The notes below the pieces were generated by a model, which did not search any database, was not told the origin of the DNA, and worked only from the letters and a program-made list of their open reading frames with translations. The position numbers were made by a program, and so were the translations under genes. DNA of 22,746 nt. Origin: Armatimonadota bacterium. GTDB taxonomy: Bacteria > Armatimonadota > Armatimonadia > Armatimonadales > Armatimonadaceae. The stretch spans positions 1 through 22,746 of the forward strand of contig JAYUUO010000285.1 of the NCBI GenBank assembly GCA_043754515.1, given 5' to 3'. This document shows, in pieces, positions 1 to 8,598 of this stretch (position 1 is the first letter of the stretch; the number at the start of each line of letters is the position of its first letter).

Positions 1-875
1 TGCAGTGTAAGAAAGCACTCACCGAAGCGGACGGCGATCTGGAGGAGGCGGTCACCGTACTCCGCAAGAGCATAGGCGACACGCAAGTCGGTAAAAACCT
101 GACCCGAATCGCCGCGGAAGGTTCTGTCTTCGCGCGCGTTTCCGACGACAAGCAGATCGGGGTGATCATCGAACTCAACTCCGAGACCGACTTCGTGGCG
201 CGCAACGAGGGGTTCCGCTCGCTGGGTAAATCGCTCGTCGCGCGGCTCATCGAGTTCGCGGCGGGCACGGTTCCCGCCGACCTGGAAGCGTTGCTGGCGT
301 CCCCGATGGGCGGGAGCACGGTCGGCCAGACCATTACCGACGAGTCCGCGCCTATCGGCGAGAAGATCGCGCTTTCGCGGTTCCAGCGGTTCGGTGCGCC
401 GACTGGGAATGTGGTCGGCATGTACGTCCATAATCCGAGTGGCTCCGGGGACGAGGGCGGCAGGGTCGGCGTTCTGGTCGAAGTGAGTGGCGGCGAAGAC
501 CGGGATGCGGCGGCGACGCTCGCCCGCGAGGTCGCCCTGCATATCTCCTCCTCGAACCCTATGGTGCTGGCGGAGTCGGATGTTCCCGACGAGGTTATCG
601 CGAAAGAGCGCGAGATCGCCACCGCGCAAGCGATGAACGACCCGAAAATGGCGGGGAAGCCCGAAGGCGCGATCAACGCGATGGTCAACGGCCGCATCCG
701 GGTGTTCCTGGAGGAGTCGGTCCTTTTGAAGCAGTCCTATGTCCGCGACCCCGCGATCACGATTGACGATCTCGTCAAGAAGACATCTGGCGCAAACATT
801 GTGCGCTTCGCACGCTTCAAGGTTGGTGAATTGCAGGCGGACGCGGTAGGAACCGAAGGGGAAGCGGCGGCTTGA
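1..875 (+). CDS. tsf: Translation elongation factor Ts (5' end outside window)
   Basis: Frame is open from position 3 ([22 protein letters not shown], the EF-Ts N-terminal motif). Contains [28 protein letters not shown] and FARFKVGE; lies upstream of pyrH-frr. Confidence 0.97.
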   Translation, partial: QCKKALTEADGDLEEAVTVLRKSIGDTQVGKNLTRIAAEGSVFARVSDDKQIGVIIELNSETDFVARNEGFRSLGKSLVARLIEFAAGTVPADLEALLASPMGGSTVGQTITDESAPIGEKIALSRFQRFGAPTGNVVGMYVHNPSGSGDEGGRVGVLVEVSGGEDRDAAATLAREVALHISSSNPMVLAESDVPDEVIAKEREIATAQAMNDPKMAGKPEGAINAMVNGRIRVFLEESVLLKQSYVRDPAITIDDLVKKTSGANIVRFARFKVGELQADAVGTEGEAAA

Positions 876-1660
876 GTGAGCCACTCACCGCTGTTGCTGG
901 CGGAACTGCCCCGGTAGATAGACTAACCGGCGCGGCACGCCCGAAGTTCAAACGGGTGCTACTCAAACTCTCCGGCGAGGCGTTCGCCGGGGAGCAGGGG
1001 TACGGCATTGATACGGACGCGATCACGACTATCTCTCGGGAAGTCGCCGCGGTTCACGCCGAGGGCGTCGGCGTTGCCATCGTGGTCGGCGGCGGCAACA
1101 TCCTGCGCGGGCAGGTGATGTCGGAGGGCAAAGGTATGGAGCGAGCGACCGCCGACTATGCCGGGATGCTAGCGACCGTGATTAATGCCCTCGCGTTGCA
1201 GGACGGGCTGGAGAAGCAAGGGATTCAGACCCGCGTGCAGACCGCCATCTCGATCATGCAGGTCGCCGAGCCATTCATACGGCGACGTGCGATCCGCCAC
1301 ATAGAGAAGGGGCGCGTGGTGATCCTCGCGGGCGGCACGGGCAACCCGTATTTCACCACCGACACGGCCGCGTCGCTCCGCGCTCTAGAAGTCGGGGCGG
1401 AGGTGGTGCTGATGGCGAAGAACAACACCGACGCCGTGTACGACAAGGACCCGCGCAAGTTTGCGGACGCCAAGCCGTACCGCACCATCGGCTACGAAGA
1501 AGCCATTGAGAAGAAACTGCGCGTGATGGACCTGACGGCGTTCGCGGTCTGCATGGAGAACGACATGCCGATCGTGGTCTTCGACATCAACGTCCCCGGC
1601 AACATTAAGCGGGCGGTGATGGGCGAAGCCATCGGCACTCTCGTAACACGAACGAAATAA
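872..1660 (+). CDS. pyrH: UMP kinase
   Basis: Motifs [43 protein letters not shown] and VMDLTA. TTG start overlaps the tsf TGA; the exact start is uncertain. Confidence 0.97.
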   Translation: MSEPLTAVAGGTAPVDRLTGAARPKFKRVLLKLSGEAFAGEQGYGIDTDAITTISREVAAVHAEGVGVAIVVGGGNILRGQVMSEGKGMERATADYAGMLATVINALALQDGLEKQGIQTRVQTAISIMQVAEPFIRRRAIRHIEKGRVVILAGGTGNPYFTTDTAASLRALEVGAEVVLMAKNNTDAVYDKDPRKFADAKPYRTIGYEEAIEKKLRVMDLTAFAVCMENDMPIVVFDINVPGNIKRAVMGEAIGTLVTRTK

Positions 1661-1664
1661 CGGG

Positions 1665-1674
1665 GGTATACTGG
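1665..1674 (+). promoter_or_regulatory. Putative -10 box (GGTATACTGG) upstream of frr
   Basis: TATACT at 1667-1672 in the pyrH-frr gap, with the same GG flanks as other -10 boxes in the window; no strong -35. Confidence 0.45.
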
Positions 1675-1725
1675 GGGAAGGTCGGCGTTCATCACCGACA
1701 TTTCCCCGTATCTGGAGAAACGAAA

Positions 1726-2274
1726 ATGTCTGCTGAAATGTTGCGCGACGCGGAGACGCGCATGAAGAAGTCGCTGGAAGCCGCCTCGAATGATTTCGCC
1801 ACCCTGCGAACCGGGCGCGCGAACGCCGCCATTCTCGACTCGATCCGGGTGGAATATTACGGCCAGCCGATGACGATCGCGAGCGTCGCCGCCGTCTCCA
1901 TCCCGGAATCCCGGACCGTGTTGATCGCCCCGTGGGAGAAAAACATGCTCGGACCAATCGAGAAGGCGATTCTGAAATCGGACCTTGGGCTGAACCCGAA
2001 CAACGACGGCGTGAGCATCCGCCTGAACATCCCGGCCCTCACCGAGCAACGTCGTAAGGATTTCGTTAAGCAACTCGCGGGTAAAGCCGAAGCGGCGCGC
2101 GTCGCCCTGCGCAACCTGCGGCGCGACGCCATCGAGCAGTATAAGAAGGACGACACGAATACGGAGGACGACATCAAGCGCGCCGAAAAAGACGTCCAGA
2201 AACTGGTTGACAAATACATCGCCGAGCTCGAGACGATGTACAAGACCAAGGAAGCCGAACTACTCGTGGTTTGA
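1726..2274 (+). CDS. frr: Ribosome recycling factor
   Basis: LRTGRANAAILD, VEYYG, IEKAILKSDLGLNPNNDG, PALTEQRRK and ARVALRNLRRDA; GGAG at 1714-1717. Confidence 0.97.
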   Translation: MSAEMLRDAETRMKKSLEAASNDFATLRTGRANAAILDSIRVEYYGQPMTIASVAAVSIPESRTVLIAPWEKNMLGPIEKAILKSDLGLNPNNDGVSIRLNIPALTEQRRKDFVKQLAGKAEAARVALRNLRRDAIEQYKKDDTNTEDDIKRAEKDVQKLVDKYIAELETMYKTKEAELLVV

Positions 2275-2275
2275 C

Positions 2276-2303
2276 GTATGGGCGACAACGGCGTCGCCCG
2301 TAC
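2276..2303 (+). terminator. Stem-loop immediately after frr (terminator-like, no clear U-tract)
   Basis: GTATGGGCGAC-AACGGC-GTCGCCCGTAC, an 11-bp stem with one G-U pair. Confidence 0.5.
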
Positions 2304-2328
2304 CCTTCGGTTCGCGATTCGCGGACAC

Positions 2329-2358
2329 TTGACAAACCCTATTTGCCCTTGATATACT
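2329..2358 (+). promoter_or_regulatory. Sigma70-type promoter of uppS
   Basis: TTGACA (2329-2334), 18 nt, TATACT (2353-2358) with a TGn extension; AAGGA lies upstream of ATG 2399. Confidence 0.75.
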
Positions 2359-2398
2359 CTGCGTGGCAAAGTAATTTTAAGGAACTCACGATAAGCAG

Positions 2399-3196
2399 AT
2401 GCTCTTCGCAACCGCCCCGTCACCCACCACTTCCGCTCCCACCAAGCCTCTGACCGACGAGCAGATCGCCGCGCTCGGCCTCGACCCTGACCGCATCCCC
2501 ACCCATGTCGCGATCATCATGGACGGCAACGGGCGGTGGGCGCGCGACCGGGGGATGCATCGCCTCTGGGGCCACAAAGAGGGCTACCAGACGGTGCGCC
2601 GCGTCGTCCGCGCCGCCGGCGAACTCGGCCTCCGCGTCCTAACTCTCTATGTATTCTCGGCAGAGAACTGGAAACGCCCGAAGCACGAAGTCGAAGGGCT
2701 GATGCACCTGATCGAGCGCGCGGCGAAGTCTGAACTGCGCGAGCTTGATGCAAACAACGTTCGGATGCGCTTCTCCGGGCGCATCCACGAGCTACCCGAC
2801 TCGCTCCAGGAAGCGTTGCGCTACGACGAAGAGTATACCAAAGACAACACTGGTCTTACTCTAAATCTTTGCATAAACTACGGCGGACGAATGGAGATAC
2901 TGGACGCAGTGAAACGGCTCGTCGAGCGGGCGGGGCGCGGCGAGATCACTGCCCGTGACATCACCCCCGAGACGTTCGCCGACCATCTTTACAACGCCGA
3001 TCTACCGGATCCCGACCTGATGATCCGGACCGCCGGGGAGATGCGCGTCTCCAACTACCTCCTGTGGCAGATAGCCTATGCCGAACTGCATGTCACGCAG
3101 ACACTGTGGCCCGATTTCGACCGCGAGCATCTCGTCACCGCCGTCAAGGACTATCAGGGGCGTGTCCGCAAGTTCGGGGGACTCCCTGGCAAGTAG
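2399..3196 (+). CDS. uppS: Undecaprenyl diphosphate synthase (cis-prenyltransferase)
   Basis: HVAIIMDGNGRWA, FSAENWKRP, NYGGR, DLMIRTAGEMRVSNYLLWQ, LWPDF and RKFGG. Confidence 0.97.
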   Translation: MLFATAPSPTTSAPTKPLTDEQIAALGLDPDRIPTHVAIIMDGNGRWARDRGMHRLWGHKEGYQTVRRVVRAAGELGLRVLTLYVFSAENWKRPKHEVEGLMHLIERAAKSELRELDANNVRMRFSGRIHELPDSLQEALRYDEEYTKDNTGLTLNLCINYGGRMEILDAVKRLVERAGRGEITARDITPETFADHLYNADLPDPDLMIRTAGEMRVSNYLLWQIAYAELHVTQTLWPDFDREHLVTAVKDYQGRVRKFGGLPGK

Positions 3197-3250
3197 GGTA
3201 GGGAACGCTCCGGCGGGTGTGTTCACCGCGTCCTCCCGACCGTGCCTCGT

Positions 3251-3280
3251 TTGCCGCGTTGATCCGGCACGGTATAATGG
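3251..3280 (+). promoter_or_regulatory. Promoter of the SRPBCC gene (likely leaderless transcript)
   Basis: TTGCCG (3251-3256), 16 nt, TATAAT (3273-3278); ATG 3285 follows after 6 nt. Confidence 0.65.
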
Positions 3281-3284
3281 ACTC

Positions 3285-3755
3285 ATGCCCCGCGTCGAAA
3301 GCTCTCTTATTATCAACGCATCCCGTGAGCGGGTGATCGCCATCGCCCGCGACAACGCCAGTTTCCCCGAGTTTATGGCCGATGTCAAATCACTTGTCGT
3401 CACCGAAACATCCCCGGACGGTTTACGTGTCGTCTCCGACTGGGTCGGCATCGTGCAAAAGTTCGGTATAACGGTGCGCTGGACCGAGGAAGATGTGTGG
3501 GATCTGGACGAAGGCACCTGCACCTTCCGACAGACTAAAGGCGACTACGACGAATTCGGGGGCGTCTGGACATTCACTGCCCAAGACGCGGACGCCACCC
3601 GCTTCGACTCGCACCTTGATTACGTCCTGGAGATCCCGCTAGTCGGCCCGCTCGTAAAGACCCTGGTTCACAAGATAATACAGTCTAACCTGGACGCCAC
3701 GCTCGCGGCGATCAAGTCCCGGAGCGAGGATACTTTCCTCGCGGCATCCGGTTAA
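3285..3755 (+). CDS. SRPBCC/START-like (polyketide cyclase, Coq10/RatA-like) ligand-binding protein
   Basis: Start reassigned to ATG 3285. MPRVESSLIINASRERVIAIARDNASFPEFMADVKS..., GDYDEFGGVWTF and the C-terminal helix TLAAIKSRSE are typical of SRPBCC proteins; 156 aa. Confidence 0.85.
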   Translation: MPRVESSLIINASRERVIAIARDNASFPEFMADVKSLVVTETSPDGLRVVSDWVGIVQKFGITVRWTEEDVWDLDEGTCTFRQTKGDYDEFGGVWTFTAQDADATRFDSHLDYVLEIPLVGPLVKTLVHKIIQSNLDATLAAIKSRSEDTFLAASG

Positions 3756-3779
3756 AAAATGAGCCAGCGCCCGGATATG

Positions 3780-5042
3780 TTAAGGGCCTACTAGATTGTT
3801 AGACCACCAGGGGTTCGTGAACAAGGCTGTTAGCAAAGCGTAATCCGGCACGGGCGACGTCGTGCTGAGCGTGCGGAGCGCGACGCAGGATGTTTCCCCG
3901 ACGAAGACAAGCGTGGCATTCACCGCGTCCGCTGATCCGGTGTCGCGCGAACTGCGTATCAGAACACGTATTGAAAACCGCTGTAGTCGGGGGATCGCCG
4001 TGTATGCGGCTTGCGCCGCCTTCGCGCTAGCTTGTAACACGCGATTGCGGGTCATCAAGCGACCTTCGGAGGCATGTGAGGGCAACGCTATTTCCAGTTG
4101 CACTTGATTTTCCTCGCTGTCTGTCTGCGCGGCGGTCATGGTCAACTCGTCGTCGTTGATGGCCGCCAGCGTCTTCAACAGGGACGCCCGAGGCACCGGA
4201 TGGGACGGTATTGACTGCGCTGCATCGGGGCGTTGCGGGGTCAGCGGGGCGTTGGTGGACGAGGCCAGTAGGGGTGCGGCTTGATGTACCCGTTCCTTGC
4301 TGACTACCGCCGTGGAGAGATCGTCCGAAGAATCGCCTTTGCGGAGCGAGAGTAGCAAGAACGTGCCGATTACCAGTACCATGCCCACGAATATCCCGGT
4401 CGCCGCCAGCAACAGCCGGGTCACTCCTTCGGAACGGCCCGGGGGAAAGACCCCATCGAACCAATCCAGCGTCCGCTCCGCCGTGGTGCGTTCGGGAGCG
4501 AATGGCGCCTTCGTCTTCAGGGGCGGCACGCCGACTGGCGGCAACGTCAATGTCTTCTCGAAGCGTCTGTTATCGCCGTGATCTGAGATCGCCCCGTGAG
4601 CGTTGGCTAGACGCGAGAGGGAGTAGTCTCCAGTAGCCACGGCGCGTTGCTGGGCGAGTAGCCCTTTGTGTTTGCTCGCGACTGCTTCCTGCGCGGGGTC
4701 ACGCTCGAGTGACATGCGGTACCAATGCGACGCGTCTCCGGTCTTACCCTGCGCCAGGTAGATGTCGCCGAGGAGCGCGTAAGGGAGGGCGGAACTCGGC
4801 GCACGCCGAATGGCGTCGGTGCAGACCGCGACGGCCTCTTCCCATTGGCCCTTATCTTTGAGAAGCTCGGCACGCTGAAGTAGCGGCGCGATAGCACCAC
4901 CCGCGCCATCGAGTCGAGAAACATCCCTCGACGGGAAGCGTGATTTAGTAGCCGATTTTCCAGCGGGTTCTGGTAGTGCCGTGCTTAACATCGTTTGACA
5001 ACTGCTGGCCCCGGTATCATCGCCCTGTGTGTCCGAAGCCAC
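3780..5042 (-). CDS. TPR-containing single-pass membrane protein, function unknown
   Basis: TPR-like helices (GQWEEAVAVCTDAIRRAPSSALPYALLGDIYLAQGKTGDASHWYRMSLERDP) and a hydrophobic segment LLLAATGIFVGMVLVIGTFLLLSL. Start uncertain (GTG 5042 or ATG 4991). Confidence 0.7.
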   Translation of the reverse strand: MASDTQGDDTGASSCQTMLSTALPEPAGKSATKSRFPSRDVSRLDGAGGAIAPLLQRAELLKDKGQWEEAVAVCTDAIRRAPSSALPYALLGDIYLAQGKTGDASHWYRMSLERDPAQEAVASKHKGLLAQQRAVATGDYSLSRLANAHGAISDHGDNRRFEKTLTLPPVGVPPLKTKAPFAPERTTAERTLDWFDGVFPPGRSEGVTRLLLAATGIFVGMVLVIGTFLLLSLRKGDSSDDLSTAVVSKERVHQAAPLLASSTNAPLTPQRPDAAQSIPSHPVPRASLLKTLAAINDDELTMTAAQTDSEENQVQLEIALPSHASEGRLMTRNRVLQASAKAAQAAYTAIPRLQRFSIRVLIRSSRDTGSADAVNATLVFVGETSCVALRTLSTTSPVPDYALLTALFTNPWWSNNLVGP

Positions 5043-5487
5043 CTTCGCCGCGACTGGTTTCGTCGAGGTCGGGAACGATCTCCCAATCTACCCGCGAAAC
5101 TGGCGCGACAACCAACTGTGCAATCCGATCTCCACGTTCTATGAGGAACGCCTTCGTTCCATGATTCGACATCAGTATCTGAACTTCGCCGCGGTAATCC
5201 GAATCTACGGTGCCGGGGCTGTTCCCTATGTTTATCCCGGAATCGCGTGCCAGTCCGGATCGGGGGCGTACCTGCGCCTCGTAGCCTTCGGGTATCGCGA
5301 TACGAAAGCCAGTCGGCACGACCGCCCGACCACCCGGAACTATCGTCATCGGCGTCGGGTTCGCCGCGTGAATATCCATCCCCGCCGCGCCCTCCGTCTT
5401 ATACGAAGGTAGCGGGACGTCTTCCGCCCCCGGTACCCGCGATATCCGCACATCAACACGGTTCACCATTCCATTAAATCGCAACAC
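5017..5487 (-). CDS. dut: dUTP diphosphatase (trimeric dUTPase)
   Basis: All five dUTPase motifs: AAGMD, RPRSGLA, GTVDSDYRGE, GDRIAQL and RGEGGFGHTG. The true start may be ATG 5469. Confidence 0.96.
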   Translation of the reverse strand: MLRFNGMVNRVDVRISRVPGAEDVPLPSYKTEGAAGMDIHAANPTPMTIVPGGRAVVPTGFRIAIPEGYEAQVRPRSGLARDSGINIGNSPGTVDSDYRGEVQILMSNHGTKAFLIERGDRIAQLVVAPVSRVDWEIVPDLDETSRGEGGFGHTGR

Positions 5488-5505
5488 GGGCGACTTCGCC
5501 CGTGT
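5484..5505. terminator. Stem-loop between the kinase stop and the dut start
   Basis: ACACGGGCG-ACTT-CGCCCGTGT, a perfect 9-bp stem. Confidence 0.4.
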
Positions 5506-5519
5506 CGCCCCTAGCTACT

Positions 5520-7313
5520 TTAGCCCGCCACGCGCTGGCTAAGATTTTCGCCGGTGATTTCGTCCGGCTGAGTGGTTGGGAGCGAGAAGTGGAATGTAGA
5601 CCCCTTCCCGACTTCGGACTCGATCCACATCTTGCCGCCGTGAATCTCCACCAGGTGTTTCACCAGGAACAGCCCGATGCCGGTTCCGCCGATGGTGCGC
5701 GTGTCGCGGTTATCAACGCGATGGAACCGTTCGCCTATCTTGGACAGATGCTCGGGGGGGATACCCATCCCCTGGTCGCTAACTGAGAATTCAATCGAAT
5801 CCGGCGACATTACCCGCGCCTTGACCCTTACTTCCCCGCCGAGCGGCGAGTATTTGAGTGCGTTCGACACCAGGTTCGCCAGGATCTGCTCGACCTTGTC
5901 ACCGTCCGCCTTGATCGCCTCGGGAACATCGGGTGCCACTTCGTAAGCAAGGGTATGTGTGTCCTTACGGCTCGTCGAGGACTCCTGAATCCGCATCGCG
6001 GTCTCAATAACCTGGCGCAGGTGGACGTCCCCGACATTGAGTTCTAGCGCGTTACCCGCTTCGATGCGCGACACGTTGAGCAGGTCGTCAATCAGCCGCT
6101 TCAGCCGGTCGCACTGGTCGTCAATGATCGTGTAAAACTCGTGCCGCGTCTCGGTGTCGTAGTAACCTTCGGTGTCCTGTACGAGCGTGGCGACGAAGCC
6201 CTTGATGGAGGTGAGCGGCGTCCGCAGTTCATGGGAGACGGTGGACACGAACGCCGTCTTCATCTTGTCCACATTTTTGATCTGGGTGATGTCGTTCAGG
6301 ATGATCGCGGTGCCGATGGCGTCGCCGCCCTCGGTGCGTACCTGAGCCGACTGCAATTGGAAGACGCGCGGCGAGCCGTCCGGTGCTTCCGGGTCGGGGA
6401 GCGTTATCTCCTCCCCGAGGTCTATCTCGTCGGCAATGGCGCGGCGGATCAGCTCGGTCGCCGCTTCGTCCTTGATCACCGCGTCGTACGTCTTGCCGCC
6501 GCCGATTTCGTCTCGCTTCAGGCCGAAGACGCGGAGCGCGGAGTTGTTCATCTGCGAGATGCGCCCCGATTTGCCGACCATGATCAATCCCATCGAAAGC
6601 GACTCGATTGTCTCGATCACCTCGTCGCGCTCGCGCTGGATGCCGCGGAACGACTCGGTCATGTTGATGATCGAAGCGGTGGACTGTGCCATGCGGAGCA
6701 AAAGCGTTACGTCCTCGTGGACGAACACTCCCCCGAAACGCTTGTTGAATACGTAAAGAACGCCGATGGTGTTGCTTTCGAGAATGCGGTTGCTCTCCTC
6801 GTCGCGCCGCTGGACGATGAGAGGCACACACAGCCCATTCTTCACTCCGAGCGCGGCGAGGTTCTCTCTCACCGCGCGGTCGTCGCCCTCGACGTCGTAG
6901 ATGATTTGGGGCTTACCATCCCGGAAGCAGTCGCCCGCGACGGTGCCTTCGATGGGGATGCGGAATCCTTTGAGCTGATCCGCCTCGAAGCCGTGTGCCG
7001 GCGGGTCGGCGAACAACTCCCTCGCCTCCGGGTCGTGGATCAGGAACATGCACTTGCTCGCCTGCGTGATCATGGCGACCCGCACGACCATCCGCTTCAA
7101 GGCTTCCTCCATCTCCGAAATCTCGGAAGCGGATTGCTGTTGCGTCTCGCTCGCTTCCTGCACCCGCTGGGCGAGAGCCTTGTTTTCTTTTTCCAGCCGG
7201 GAAATATGCTGGTTGCGTCTTTCGAGTTCGCCCTCGACGCCACGGAGTTTCTCCTGCAACGACTCAAAGCTCATTTCACCAAACGACATTAGGACGAGAG
7301 ACCTTTCTGGCAC
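5520..7313 (-). CDS. Cytoplasmic sensor histidine kinase (coiled coil-GAF-PAS-HisKA-HATPase)
   Basis: H-box FVSTVSHELRTPLTSIKG, N-box QILANLVSNALKYS, G1 VSDQGMGI, G2 GGTGIGL; GAF (IGVLYVFNKR...FVHEDVTLL) and PAS (GRISQMNNSALRVFG); no TM segment. Start may be 7313, 7289 or 7274. Confidence 0.93.
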   Translation of the reverse strand: MPERSLVLMSFGEMSFESLQEKLRGVEGELERRNQHISRLEKENKALAQRVQEASETQQQSASEISEMEEALKRMVVRVAMITQASKCMFLIHDPEARELFADPPAHGFEADQLKGFRIPIEGTVAGDCFRDGKPQIIYDVEGDDRAVRENLAALGVKNGLCVPLIVQRRDEESNRILESNTIGVLYVFNKRFGGVFVHEDVTLLLRMAQSTASIINMTESFRGIQRERDEVIETIESLSMGLIMVGKSGRISQMNNSALRVFGLKRDEIGGGKTYDAVIKDEAATELIRRAIADEIDLGEEITLPDPEAPDGSPRVFQLQSAQVRTEGGDAIGTAIILNDITQIKNVDKMKTAFVSTVSHELRTPLTSIKGFVATLVQDTEGYYDTETRHEFYTIIDDQCDRLKRLIDDLLNVSRIEAGNALELNVGDVHLRQVIETAMRIQESSTSRKDTHTLAYEVAPDVPEAIKADGDKVEQILANLVSNALKYSPLGGEVRVKARVMSPDSIEFSVSDQGMGIPPEHLSKIGERFHRVDNRDTRTIGGTGIGLFLVKHLVEIHGGKMWIESEVGKGSTFHFSLPTTQPDEITGENLSQRVAG

Positions 7314-7360
7314 CCCGCCGCTCCCTGAGATGTGGGCGACCGGGATGGAGATTCACGCCA

Positions 7361-7370
7361 CCATTATACC
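7361..7370 (-). promoter_or_regulatory. -10 box (GGTATAATGG) upstream of the histidine kinase
   Basis: ccattatacc on + equals GGTATAATGG on -, in the 94-bp intergenic gap; identical to the decamer at 3271-3280. Confidence 0.6.
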
Positions 7371-7407
7371 CCGTCGCCGAATACAGCGTCAACGAACAAG
7401 CGGCGCG

Positions 7408-7911
7408 CTACTCCGGCAGTCGCGTGAATCGGCGCGCGAGCGCACCGGCCCATATCGCCGTGTAGACCAGGTAAAGGAGCACGTAAACCCACGAAGCCGC
7501 GCCTATAGAGGCTGAGCCGTGCAGGTTGGCTTCATACACGAGTTGCAATTCCGCCGTAAATAGTGCGAGTGTTGCCGCCCCGAACGCGAAAAAACGCTCC
7601 GCGAGGTAGCTAATCGTCGCGCCGCGCCGGTCGGGTGCCAGCCAGTGGTCCTTGTTTGGGATATTCAACCCCTCGGGGGGCAGGACACGGAGCAACAGCG
7701 GGAGTGCCAGGAAGATGCCCGTGATAACGGCCGTGCTAGTCAATTGGAAGACGAGAAATGCCCCGCGCTCCATAAACCCGTCCGCCACGCCTCCCAGCCC
7801 GAAGTGCGACGCGACCCGTCCCGGCAGGGAAGGGCCTAGCAAGAATACCTGCCCCGCGCTGACCAGTACGCCGATGAGTAGCACCCAGAACGATAACACG
7901 CTACGTTTCAT
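7408..7911 (-). CDS. DUF1648-like membrane protein (about 4 TM)
   Basis: LPGRVASHFGLGGVADGF resembles the DUF1648 LP-x-x-V-x-x-HF-x-x-x-G-x-x-DG motif; contains LNIPNKDHW and four hydrophobic segments. Confidence 0.75.
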   Translation of the reverse strand: MKRSVLSFWVLLIGVLVSAGQVFLLGPSLPGRVASHFGLGGVADGFMERGAFLVFQLTSTAVITGIFLALPLLLRVLPPEGLNIPNKDHWLAPDRRGATISYLAERFFAFGAATLALFTAELQLVYEANLHGSASIGAASWVYVLLYLVYTAIWAGALARRFTRLPE

Positions 7912-7969
7912 ATCGAAGAACCTTCTAATGCATCCGACACGCGGCCCTGGATGTCGGTTACGTCACAAT

Positions 7970-8009
7970 ATATACCTATGCCATGCCGGATATACCTATG
8001 CCATGCCGG
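7970..8009. repeat. Perfect 20-bp tandem duplication
   Basis: ATATACCTATGCCATGCCGG at 7970-7989 and again at 7990-8009; the second copy contains the stop codon of ORF 7996-8583. Confidence 0.95.
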
Positions 8010-8583
8010 GCGGCATCCGCTCCAGCTTCCGCGCCGCGAAGAAGGCGGACAGCCCCTGCCAGAGCAGGTACAGCACGTAGCCGTGTACCAGCGTCCCGAT
8101 CCAACGTTTGTCTATCACGGCGAGTATTCCATCAATAAGGTAGAACACCATCAGCGTGATCAGCCAACCCGAAGATTTCCGCGACAGACTTGTCAGCAAA
8201 AAATAGAAGCCGAGCGGGATTACGCTCCACAGCAGGTGAACCAGCCCGCTGTCCTTCGCCAGCGATGCGATCACGTCCGTGATAGATAGCCCGAACGCCA
8301 TGGTGAAAGGAGAGCCGAACGCGATCAACGCCATGTTCAGCACCGAGAACCCCAACACGCTGTACATGATCGTCAAGGCGGACGCACCCCGCGCTCTCAA
8401 GGCGTAGACCGCGACAGCCTGCGCGTCCGCCTCATCAAAGCCGCCCTCCGTCCTCGTGTCGCGTAGCGGCGACACGAGGACGGGGGGCGGTCCCGCCCCC
8501 CCTTGAGTTGCTGCATTCCCTTCCATGAGCGAAAACCGCGTCGCCGGTGCCTGTTCCCCCTCATTTATTTTCTGGTCTTCCAT
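7996..8583 (-). CDS. Hypothetical multi-pass membrane protein
   Basis: Starts 15 nt after the aspS stop; low-complexity N-terminus followed by about 4 hydrophobic helices (GFSVLNMALIAFGS, LMVFYLIDGIL, HGYVLYLLWQG). Confidence 0.7.
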   Translation of the reverse strand: MEDQKINEGEQAPATRFSLMEGNAATQGGAGPPPVLVSPLRDTRTEGGFDEADAQAVAVYALRARGASALTIMYSVLGFSVLNMALIAFGSPFTMAFGLSITDVIASLAKDSGLVHLLWSVIPLGFYFLLTSLSRKSSGWLITLMVFYLIDGILAVIDKRWIGTLVHGYVLYLLWQGLSAFFAARKLERMPPGMA

Positions 8584-8598
8584 CTTGTTCGCGCCTTT

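Noticed and set aside
3078..3284. Long N-terminus of the SRPBCC ORF
   Set aside because: Overlaps uppS and the promoter; the family pattern starts at Met 3285.
6141..7292. 383-aa plus-strand ORF
   Set aside because: Entirely antisense to the histidine kinase, with no recognisable motifs; a typical shadow ORF of GC-rich coding DNA.
7970..8009. CRISPR array
   Set aside because: Only two abutting copies with no spacer, and no cas genes in the window.
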